Below are positions 8,963 through 17,142 of a DNA stretch of 64,000 nucleotides, piece after piece (position 1 is the first letter of the stretch; every line of letters starts with the position of its first letter). Under the pieces are notes generated by a model, which searched no databases, was not told the DNA's origin, and saw nothing but the letters and a program-made list of their open reading frames with translations. The translations under genes were made by a program, and so were the position numbers. The DNA comes from a virus (lineage: Duplodnaviria > Caudoviricetes), in the IMG/VR virus record IMGVR_UViG_3300032004_000003, positions 3,965-67,964 of that record, one strand, 5' to 3'.

Positions 8963-10191
8963 GCCGCTTCCACGTCGGCGAGCAGCGGCGCGTCGGCGGT
9001 CAGCCGCGAGCGGATCAGATCGCAGAAGGCAGACGACAACTCGATGCCGATCGCGTGGCGCTGCAGGCGATCGGCTACGAGCAACGAGGTGCCGGCGCCG
9101 GCGAAAACGTCCAAAACGGTGCAGGGCACGGGGTCGCCGGCATCCGGGCAGGAGCAGGACGGCTGCCAGCCGAGGTGTCGCGGCGCGGTTTTGGCGAGAC
9201 TCTGCCCGGTCGGCGTGCGCAGCCGCTTGGGCTGCCGATCCGGCATCTGCGACAATTTCTGGTGGTCGCACGAGGCTAAGCCCATGCCGTGATCGACGGG
9301 CACGCGCTCCGTCACCCGCACCCACGGCGCCTGGCACGCCGGGCAGCAGCCCTTCTCGGACGTGCCCGCCTTGATGCAGATCTCGGCCAGCGCGGACGGC
9401 ATGACGGCGAAGTGGGCGAGCGAGCACGACTCGCTGGCGATGCTCCAGACGTTGCGGAGATTGCGGGTGTCCGAGGTGCCGCCCTGGCAGAGCGGGTTCT
9501 GCACCCCGGCCGCCGCCCGCGCCGCGCCTTTGGGCTGCTCCGCGGTGCCGGTCAACCGCGCCTGCAGCCTCGATGCCGCCCGCTCCGCAACCGCCTCGGC
9601 GTCGTAAAAGTAATTGGCCGAGCGCGTCAGCAGGAAGACGTGCTCGTGGGCCGACGTCGGCCGGTCGCGCACCGACTCCGGCATCGGATTCTGCTTCGCC
9701 CAAATGCAATCGGCTCGGAGGTACCAGCCGTCCTCCTGCAGCGCGATGGCGACCCGCGCCGGGATCATCAGCAGGTCCTTGGGCTTCAGGCCATGGCTGA
9801 CGCGACGAGGCTCGAACCTCTGATGCGCGATGCTCAGGTCAGCCGACCGCAAACGGGACTGCTCGTCTCGCCCGTCCTTGCGCAAGCCGCTGCTCTTGCC
9901 GGTGCCGCCGCTGCCTTTGGTGTCGCTGGCGTAGCTGTCGCCCAGGTTGAGCCAAGCGCAGCCGGTTGGGTGCAGAACCCTTCGCACCTCGCGGAACACC
10001 TCGACCAGCGCCTGGACGTACTCGGCAACCGAGGTCTCGGCGCCGATCTCCTTCGCCTTGTCCGGGTGGCCGTCGGGCAGATAGCTGCGTAAAGAAAAGT
10101 AGGGAGGGCTGCTGCAGACGCATTGCACGCTCTCGGGCTCGAGGCCCTTGAGCACCTCGCGGCAATCGCCGTGCAGCAGCCGCACGCTCAC
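8959..10191 (-). CDS. DNA N4-cytosine/N6-adenine methyltransferase
   Basis: CSSPPY; WLNLGDSY; WAKQNPMPESVRDRPT; HFAVMP; VLDVFAGAGT. Confidence 0.9.
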   Translation of the reverse strand: MSVRLLHGDCREVLKGLEPESVQCVCSSPPYFSLRSYLPDGHPDKAKEIGAETSVAEYVQALVEVFREVRRVLHPTGCAWLNLGDSYASDTKGSGGTGKSSGLRKDGRDEQSRLRSADLSIAHQRFEPRRVSHGLKPKDLLMIPARVAIALQEDGWYLRADCIWAKQNPMPESVRDRPTSAHEHVFLLTRSANYFYDAEAVAERAASRLQARLTGTAEQPKGAARAAAGVQNPLCQGGTSDTRNLRNVWSIASESCSLAHFAVMPSALAEICIKAGTSEKGCCPACQAPWVRVTERVPVDHGMGLASCDHQKLSQMPDRQPKRLRTPTGQSLAKTAPRHLGWQPSCSCPDAGDPVPCTVLDVFAGAGTSLLVADRLQRHAIGIELSSAFCDLIRSRLTADAPLLADVEAA

Positions 10192-10796
10192 TTCTTGTCG
10201 CTATCCTGCTCGCCGAGCTTGTCGGCGTCCTCAGGCTTGGTCTTGATCTCCTCCTCGGTCGCCGCCACCGGGGCCGTGGTCTCGCCGCCGCCACCGATCG
10301 CCCGCGGCGCGGTCGGCGCCCCCGGGTTGCTGCCGTCGCCGGTCAGCCGGGCGCGCTCCTGGGCCGCCTCCTTGCTGTAGAAGGCGGGGTTGCGGCTGGC
10401 CGGGGTGCGGTCGACGTCCTCGCTGCGGCTGCCCGGGATGCGGCCGCCCTGCCGTGGCTGCAGCTCGATCGGCTTGCCCAGCGGCCCGAACGGCGCGCTG
10501 ACCGGCGCGTCGGCGGCCGTGCCTTCCGGGATCGGGCTGTTGGTGTCGCTGGCCGCCGCCGGCGGCTTGGCGCCCTTGCCGGGCTCGCGCGTCGCCTGCG
10601 GGCCGCCTTCGGGCTCGTCACGGACCACCTGCCGCTGCCCGCCGGTGCGGGCGGTGGCCTGCGCCGTGTCGGCGTCCTTGGGCGAGACGGTCGGCGCCTT
10701 GGTGCTCGACTGCGGCGGCGTGGGCGCTGCAGCGCCCGTGCCGGCTGGCGACGGCGGGGTGATGGTCGGCTCGTCCTTGGACGGGGTGCTAGCCAT
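10188..10796 (-). CDS. Pro/Ala/Thr/Ser-rich low-complexity protein (possible head decoration)
   Basis: 202-aa low-complexity ORF just downstream of the capsid gene, translationally coupled. Confidence 0.6.
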   Translation of the reverse strand: MASTPSKDEPTITPPSPAGTGAAAPTPPQSSTKAPTVSPKDADTAQATARTGGQRQVVRDEPEGGPQATREPGKGAKPPAAASDTNSPIPEGTAADAPVSAPFGPLGKPIELQPRQGGRIPGSRSEDVDRTPASRNPAFYSKEAAQERARLTGDGSNPGAPTAPRAIGGGGETTAPVAATEEEIKTKPEDADKLGEQDSDKK

Positions 10797-11061
10797 GCTC
10801 TGGCTCCTTGGCGATAGGGGTGCCCAAACGGATGGCGCGCTGGGCCTGGTCCTTGGGCGGCTCGCGGGTCAGCGTCCGCTCGTGCTCGATCTCGGCCTCG
10901 TGCCGCCGACCGCGTTCCTGCAGATCGCCGGTCGCGCCACGGCTCTCGCCAACGCGCTTCCAGCCCTTGGCCTGCCAGCTGGCGAGGTTGATGGCGTACT
11001 CGTGCACATCGACGATCCGCTGGTCGCGGCCCTTCTTCAGAGTGACGGTCGGCGTGCGCAT
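10789..11061 (-). CDS. Small capsid-associated hypothetical protein (90 aa)
   Basis: ATG overlaps the capsid stop codon. Confidence 0.6.
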   Translation of the reverse strand: MRTPTVTLKKGRDQRIVDVHEYAINLASWQAKGWKRVGESRGATGDLQERGRRHEAEIEHERTLTREPPKDQAQRAIRLGTPIAKEPEHG

Positions 11062-12185
11062 CAGCCAGCCAGCCGCACGGCAAATTCCGGCCAGATCAGC
11101 TTGGTGCCCCACAGGACGTCGAAGTCCCATTGGACCATTTTGTATTGCCTGGATACTTCGAGCCGCAGGCTGATGCCCGACATCGGATCGGTCGCCGCGG
11201 TGATCCGATTGCCGAGTTCCATGTCGGACCTTAGCGGCCGGTTCGCGAACGCGAAGGCTTCCCGCGTGAAGCCGAGGTTGACCGTGTGCGAGGCCCGCTT
11301 GGTGACCGCGGTGCCGGCGGGCACGTTGGCCTGCAGCACCGGGTCGATCGCGGTCGCGATGGCGGTCGAGACGGTGACCGTCTCGCCCACGACGTAGGTC
11401 TGCGAATCGCCGGCGAAGGAGATGATGTCGCCGACCACCAGCGTGCCGGTGGTGCTGGCCGAGAGCGGCACCGAGGCCGCGCCGGCGGCGGTCGAGGCCT
11501 GGGTGACGATCGTTGCAGCTGTACCCGCCGTGTGGAGAGGGAGCTGCTGACTCATGAAGAATCGAAAACCCAGCTTGCGGCCCATCTCGCCTTCGATGCG
11601 CGGACCGCTGTCGCTGGTCGTGTCGAAGTCGGACAGCTGCGGCAGCGCCAGGGCGTTGGCTTCGGCCGACGGGTCGAGCACCAGCATGCGGCCGTCGAGC
11701 GGCGCCAGCTGCTCGTTGAGGACGCGGCGGACGTTGGTCGCGTCGAGGATGGACGAGCCAAACGGAGAGGTTCCGGCGGTGCCGACGTAGCCGTAGACGC
11801 CCGTGTACTGGGCCGAGATGCTCTGATCGATGGAGTTGGCCAGCGCCCTGATGGCGCCCGATGCCGCCATCGGCATGAAGTGCCGGTTCTCGTCGATCTC
11901 GACCAGCTCCTTGTCGGTCAAGTAAAACGGGACGTGCTTCCAGTTGTTCAGCGTGATCTGCACCAGCCCGGGGGCGCTGTCGGCCACCGAAGCATGCACC
12001 GGCGAGGGCGTGACGTCGGTCGCGGAGTAGCTGGGGGCGACCGGGACGTCGATCGTCTGTCCCTTCTGCGCCGCCTCGTTGCCGTAATCGACATTGACGA
12101 GACGCGCGAAGATCGCCTGCTCGCGCAGGGTCAGCAGCCCCTTGGCCAAGATTTGGGGCATGATGTAGGTGAAATTATTCGCCAC
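11061..12185 (-). CDS. Major capsid protein (P22 gp5 coat-like, HK97 fold)
   Basis: GTG start with AGGAA RBS; QKGQTIDVP; VQITLNNWKHV; HTVNLGFTREAFAFANRPL; FDVLWG. Confidence 0.9.
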   Translation of the reverse strand: MANNFTYIMPQILAKGLLTLREQAIFARLVNVDYGNEAAQKGQTIDVPVAPSYSATDVTPSPVHASVADSAPGLVQITLNNWKHVPFYLTDKELVEIDENRHFMPMAASGAIRALANSIDQSISAQYTGVYGYVGTAGTSPFGSSILDATNVRRVLNEQLAPLDGRMLVLDPSAEANALALPQLSDFDTTSDSGPRIEGEMGRKLGFRFFMSQQLPLHTAGTAATIVTQASTAAGAASVPLSASTTGTLVVGDIISFAGDSQTYVVGETVTVSTAIATAIDPVLQANVPAGTAVTKRASHTVNLGFTREAFAFANRPLRSDMELGNRITAATDPMSGISLRLEVSRQYKMVQWDFDVLWGTKLIWPEFAVRLAG

Positions 12186-12283
12186 GACGTGGTGTTCCTG
12201 TCGCAAGGGTTGACCTCACGACCACGACCACACCTCGTGTGACGGGCCGGGTGCGCCGCGCGCACCACATCGCCAGCATCGCC

Positions 12284-13093
12284 CTAGGAGTCGGTGAAGC
12301 GGACCTCGCCGCGCGCCACCGCCTCCAGGTTCTGACCGATGCCGCGATTATCGCTCAATGACAGTGTCTTTTTAAAGCCCCCATTCGCCTGCGGCGGTCG
12401 AGAGCCCGGCGCGCCCGCCCCGGTGCTGGGCTCGAACAGGTGCGGCGCGTCGCCGGCCAGCCCGGCGATCCACTCGTCCATGCTCATCGGGTCGAGCCCG
12501 GTCTTGCCGTTGACCACGCTGCCCTCGGCGTCGAGCGGCAGCACCTTGTCCTCGAGCAGCTTGAAGATGCTGCGGCCACGGTTGAGCACATCGGTCAGCG
12601 CCGTCTGCCGGACGCCGGCCTTGTTGGCGATGTTGGTGATCTCCTGGTCGACCAGCACCTGGCTGAGCCGGCTCGAGGCCTTGCCGAGCAGCCCGTCCTT
12701 CTCCTGCAGCTGCTGCTGCAGCGCCTGCAGCTGGCGCTCGTGGTCCTTCTTCATGCGCTCGACCCGCTGCGTCAGCAGCTCCTCGACCTTGCCGGCGTCC
12801 AGCAGCTGCTTGTCCTCGAGCTGCTGCAGCTTGCCGAGCTGCTCCTTGATCTGGTCGGGCTCCAGGTCGCCAAGCTCGCCGAACTGGCCGCGCAAGGCCT
12901 CGAGCTTCTGCGTGGCCTCGCCGCGCCGCTCCTTTTCCTTCCTGAACGCGGTGCGCAAGGACGCCACGCCGGGGTGGTCGTCGATGCCGTCGAGCGCCAG
13001 CACGTACCGGCCGTTGACCTCCTCGTACAGCTCGTGCAGGGCCTCGGGCAGCTCGTCGAGGCTGTCGAGGACGGATCTCAGCTTCTTGGCCAT
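12284..13093 (-). CDS. Capsid scaffolding protein
   Basis: Coiled-coil; LYEEVNGRYVL; APHLFEPSTGAGAPG; directly upstream of the capsid gene. Confidence 0.8.
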   Translation of the reverse strand: MAKKLRSVLDSLDELPEALHELYEEVNGRYVLALDGIDDHPGVASLRTAFRKEKERRGEATQKLEALRGQFGELGDLEPDQIKEQLGKLQQLEDKQLLDAGKVEELLTQRVERMKKDHERQLQALQQQLQEKDGLLGKASSRLSQVLVDQEITNIANKAGVRQTALTDVLNRGRSIFKLLEDKVLPLDAEGSVVNGKTGLDPMSMDEWIAGLAGDAPHLFEPSTGAGAPGSRPPQANGGFKKTLSLSDNRGIGQNLEAVARGEVRFTDS

Positions 13094-13097
13094 GGGG

Positions 13098-13991
13098 TCA
13101 GGCTGCCGGTTGGGGTGCGGGCGCGGCGCGGGCGGGGTGCTGCGGGTCGTTGGGCCACTGGCCGGGGAACAGGCGGTGCAGGAGGTCGTCGGGCTGGCGG
13201 GCGATGGCGCCGGCCAGGCTGTCGCCGGCGACGCTGCAGTCGCCCGCGCGAATGGCGATGGCGACGTGGATCGCCGAGGCGCACAGGTCGGGACGGGTCA
13301 GCCAGGAACGGTCGCCGGGCAGGTCGATCCTCAGGTCGTGACCCTGGTTGCCGGCGGCGCCGGTGACGCCCTGGGCGTAGTAGCCGCCCTCGGGACGCCA
13401 GCCGAACGGCGTGCCGAACAGCCGGACCTCGTCGGCGCCGAGATATTTCGCCAGCCCGAGCGCGCGGTTGCTGACCGTGTAGCCGCCGACGATGCAATCC
13501 GCGCGCTCGTAGGCGTAGCGGTAGAGGTGGATCTCGCAGATCTGCACCATCTCGCCGGTCTCGCGGTGCGGCACCTTGCCGAGCCAGCCGGTCGCCGAGT
13601 GGTAGATGCGGACGTCCAGGCCGGCGAGGTGGTCGAACAGCTCAGGGGCGCAGGAGCTGGCGAGCCAGTAGGTCACGCCGGGCGCGCGCGGGTACTTGGC
13701 GCGCTGGCCGGCGTCGGGATCCATGGCGACGGTCGCGTGCACCGGCACGTCCGCCGCGGTCAGGACGGTCATCGCCTCCTTGAGCGCCCAGATCTGCCAG
13801 CCGTGCGCCGCGAGCTGGCGCAGCTCGCCCAGCCGCTTGGCCGTCAGGGTCGGGCCGGTGGCGGCGACGGCGACGCGCGCGCCCTGCAGCTCGCCGTGCC
13901 GCGCCAGCTCGAGCCCGCGCTGGCTGGCCTGCAGGATGTGGTGGTGCAGGTGGGTCAGATGCGGGTTTGAGAACGAGAAGCTGCGCGTCAA
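13098..13991 (-). CDS. DUF115 / MAF (motility-associated factor, MptE-like) family protein
   Basis: VAATGPTL; QIWALKEA; TVAMDP; WLASSCAPELFDHL; IVGGYTVSNRALGLAKYLGADEVRLFG. Confidence 0.7.
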   Translation of the reverse strand: MTRSFSFSNPHLTHLHHHILQASQRGLELARHGELQGARVAVAATGPTLTAKRLGELRQLAAHGWQIWALKEAMTVLTAADVPVHATVAMDPDAGQRAKYPRAPGVTYWLASSCAPELFDHLAGLDVRIYHSATGWLGKVPHRETGEMVQICEIHLYRYAYERADCIVGGYTVSNRALGLAKYLGADEVRLFGTPFGWRPEGGYYAQGVTGAAGNQGHDLRIDLPGDRSWLTRPDLCASAIHVAIAIRAGDCSVAGDSLAGAIARQPDDLLHRLFPGQWPNDPQHPARAAPAPQPAA

Positions 13992-14085
13992 AGGCTAATC
14001 CCGATGGCTCCGGGGAAGCCTTACGACACTCAACTAGGAAATGGAAGGATCCAGGTACGGATGGCTTAGCAGGCGAACAAGGACC

Positions 14086-14310
14086 CTACGGCTTGGCGTC
14101 CTTCGCGTCATCCGGCGCCACCAGCCGTTCACCCTCGACCCGATAGGTGCCGTTGGGCCAGTCCTTGGCAGGACGGCCGAAGAACGGCTCGTCGGGATCG
14201 ACCGGGCCGACCTGGTCGACCATGACGCCGTCGCGGCGCGGCGGATCCTCGGCGAAGGCCGCCAGCCGCCGGCCGTCGGACAGGGTCGAGAGGTAGAGAA
14301 CAACCGTCAT
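14086..14310 (-). CDS. Small hypothetical protein (74 aa), candidate immunity protein for the MuF C-terminal domain
   Basis: ATG overlaps the stop of the MuF gene. Confidence 0.55.
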   Translation of the reverse strand: MTVVLYLSTLSDGRRLAAFAEDPPRRDGVMVDQVGPVDPDEPFFGRPAKDWPNGTYRVEGERLVAPDDAKDAKP

Positions 14311-17126
14311 GCCAGGCGATCCAGGTCTGCATCCTGCAGGATGTCGGAAACCGCGCTGATGGTACGCGCGAAGCGCCGTTGCATCCAGTGGCGGTCGTAC
14401 TGATAGGCCCAACGGCCGACCGGGCTGCGAAAGGTCGAGTACAGCTCGGCGAAGACCTCGAGCGGGTTCAGCAGCCAATACTTGCTGCGCTCCAGGAACG
14501 CCGCGCGCTCCTGCTCGGGCAGCGCCAACGCCTCTTCGGCCATCAGCTCGTGCAGGCGCATGCCGTCGACCCGGTGCTGGAACGACCGGTACGACTGCCC
14601 GAGCCGGGCGCCCAAGGCGTCGTCGAGGGCATGGCCGAACTCGTGCGCCTGGACGTTCAAGGGCGAGCTGAGCTTCGGCTGCAGGATGATCTCACGCAGG
14701 TTCGAATCGTGATGGCCGGCGGCCTGCTTGCCCGCCGACGGGCCGGACGTGAAGGTGAACGGCGTCCCGACCTCGTTCTTGCTCAGCGGCTTGTGCACCT
14801 GCACCGCCCACAGATCCTTTTCCGGCACGACGTCGCGGTACCAGGTCGCGATGACCTCGGCGGTCTTCTTGCCGTCCGGATCGCGCTTGAGCTTGTCCTC
14901 GATCGTGATCCGGCCGACGTAGGTGTCGCGCAGGTCGGACGGCGGACCACCCCAGGCGACACCGCCGCCGGCAGCCGCGGCCGTCCCGCCGGTCTTGGCC
15001 AGCGCCGCAAACCCCTTCCACAGGTCGCCGTTGCCGAGCGCTCGTGCCTCGGCCAAACGGCCGAGCGCCGCGGCCATGGTCTGCTTGTCCGCACCCAGCC
15101 GCATCGCCTCCATGGCGCGCTCGGCCGGCAGCAGCTCGACGCCGTCGACGCCGAGGCTGGCATCCCACGGCGCGCCGCCGGTGCGCCGGGCGAGGTAGAT
15201 CCGGCGCCAGGTCGTGCCGTCGATCACGTCGCCAGCGATGCCCTCGATCTTCACGGCGAGGCCGAGCTGGTCGTAGGCCGCGCGGATCGCCTCGCGCTGC
15301 AGGAGGACCGGCGTCGCCGCCTCGGTCCGCCCGTAGAAGGTCGAGGCCGGCTGCAGGTGGCCGCCGTCCTGGTCGAGGTGGGCGCGCACCATCCAGACCC
15401 GGCCGTCATCCTCGACCACGAGCACGCCGGCGCTCTGGTCAAGGCCGAGGGTCGGGATCCGCTCGCCGGCGATCCGCTTCGTGCCGGTGACCTTGTCCCA
15501 ATCCTCGGGCCGTTCGGCCGGCGCGAGCTTGGGTCCTTTCGGCGGGCTGATGTCGGTGGCGCCGCCGGGCCGGAACACGACGTGGCCGTTCGGATCCTTC
15601 AGCTTCGGGTGCGTCCGCGCGGCTTCCTTGAGCACCCGCTCCTTGAGCAGCGACCGGGCCGGGCCGGCGGCCTGCTCGGCCTCGAACACGGCGCGCGCGG
15701 CGCCGATCGCGTCGGCGAAGGCGGCCTTGACCGCGTCGGGCAGGTTGCTGAGCGAGATGTCGTCGGGCATCGGCCGGCCGCTGCGCGCCTCGCGCACCAC
15801 GCGGTTCAGCAGGCCGCGCACCGGCCCGCCCATGCCGGCGGCCGTGATCGCCTCGCGCGCGGCGCTCTCGGCCGTGTTCAGCGCGCTCCGGCGCTTCTCG
15901 GCCTGCTGCACCGCGGCTTCCCAGCCCTTGATCTCGGCTTCCTTGAGCGCCGCCGTGCTGCCCTTGGTGACCAGCTCCTCGAGCTGCTCGATGCTCAGCT
16001 CGTTGCCGGTCTGGTCGATCAGGTCGGCCATCTTGATCTTGCCGGCCGACCACAGCCGGTGCTTGGCCGCGGTGAGCACGCCGTTCCTGACCGCCCAGCC
16101 CGGCTCCTGCGCTTCCTTCAGCGTCAACCAGGAATCAAAATCCAAGGTGCTGGGCACGGCGCCGTCGAGCGAGCTTCGGGCGTTGGCCTTGGCGTCCGCG
16201 ATCTTCGCCGCCGACCAGCCGCGCGCCTGCAGCCGCTTGGTGAAGAGCTCCTCGAACGGCACCTCCTGCTTGCCGCGCTCGGGCGGCAGCGCCTTTGGCC
16301 CGGCCAGCTCGTCCCAGCTCTTGAGGACGGACACCCACGTGCTGCGGCAGTTCCAATGGTACGGAATGCCGGACTGGAACGGCTTGTCGTGGCCAACGGG
16401 CTCGCCATCCAACGTGTACAGCAAGCCATCCCTGGCCTTGCAGATTTCGCTCGTCCTGGTGTCGAGCGTCGAATGGTGCTGGATGTACTTGATGATGTCG
16501 CTGTTTTGCCGATAGCTCGCCAGCCGGGCGTCGCTGGCCACCTGCTGGATGCTGGTGCGAACGAGCGCTTCGGCTTGATGGCGCGGCCCGACGAACGCGC
16601 CCGGCGTGTCCTTGCTGCCCAGCAGCCGCTGGGTGATCTTGTCGACGCCCTCGCCGCTGAGATAGCCGTTGGTGATCTCGCGCCGCAGCACGCCCTTGTA
16701 GCTCTCGCCCTGCGCCGACCACCACTCCTTGACCCGCCGGCCCTCGATCAGCGCGTCGTCGGCGACGGCGGCCAGCTGGTGCTCGCTGAGCGCCGTGGTG
16801 GCGACGGGCACGCCAATCGCCTGGTCGAGGCTGGCGCGCGCGAAGCTGCTCTCGACCCCGGCCAGCTTGGCGAGGTCGCGAACGTGCTGCGCGGCGATGC
16901 CCTGGTAGCGCTCGTCGACCGTGCCGGCGAGCTGCGCCAGCAACGCCTTGGCGCGCTGCTGCTGAAACGCGGTCTGCCCGCCCTTGCGCAGCTTGGCCGC
17001 CACCTCGGTCGCCAGATCGTCGAGCTGGTCGATAACCTTAGCGACCTGGTCGGCTGATAGCCGCTGCAGATCGACCGCGTGCTGGATGGCGGCGTCCGCC
17101 AGCTGGTCGTTGACGCTGTCCGCCAC
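14307..17126 (-). CDS. Minor head protein (MuF / SPP1 gp7 family) with long C-terminal extension (Nudix-like and HExxH zincin-like domains)
   Basis: HHSTLDTRTSEIC...PYHWNCRS MuF motif; SAGVLVVEDDGRVWMV Nudix-like strand; QAHEFGH...EVFAE. Confidence 0.85.
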   Translation of the reverse strand: MADSVNDQLADAAIQHAVDLQRLSADQVAKVIDQLDDLATEVAAKLRKGGQTAFQQQRAKALLAQLAGTVDERYQGIAAQHVRDLAKLAGVESSFARASLDQAIGVPVATTALSEHQLAAVADDALIEGRRVKEWWSAQGESYKGVLRREITNGYLSGEGVDKITQRLLGSKDTPGAFVGPRHQAEALVRTSIQQVASDARLASYRQNSDIIKYIQHHSTLDTRTSEICKARDGLLYTLDGEPVGHDKPFQSGIPYHWNCRSTWVSVLKSWDELAGPKALPPERGKQEVPFEELFTKRLQARGWSAAKIADAKANARSSLDGAVPSTLDFDSWLTLKEAQEPGWAVRNGVLTAAKHRLWSAGKIKMADLIDQTGNELSIEQLEELVTKGSTAALKEAEIKGWEAAVQQAEKRRSALNTAESAAREAITAAGMGGPVRGLLNRVVREARSGRPMPDDISLSNLPDAVKAAFADAIGAARAVFEAEQAAGPARSLLKERVLKEAARTHPKLKDPNGHVVFRPGGATDISPPKGPKLAPAERPEDWDKVTGTKRIAGERIPTLGLDQSAGVLVVEDDGRVWMVRAHLDQDGGHLQPASTFYGRTEAATPVLLQREAIRAAYDQLGLAVKIEGIAGDVIDGTTWRRIYLARRTGGAPWDASLGVDGVELLPAERAMEAMRLGADKQTMAAALGRLAEARALGNGDLWKGFAALAKTGGTAAAAGGGVAWGGPPSDLRDTYVGRITIEDKLKRDPDGKKTAEVIATWYRDVVPEKDLWAVQVHKPLSKNEVGTPFTFTSGPSAGKQAAGHHDSNLREIILQPKLSSPLNVQAHEFGHALDDALGARLGQSYRSFQHRVDGMRLHELMAEEALALPEQERAAFLERSKYWLLNPLEVFAELYSTFRSPVGRWAYQYDRHWMQRRFARTISAVSDILQDADLDRLA

Positions 17127-17142
17127 GGCTGCCGGTCAGCCG

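Noticed and set aside
14379-17057. 892-aa + strand ORF
   Set aside because: Antisense shadow of the MuF gene, typical of high-GC DNA.
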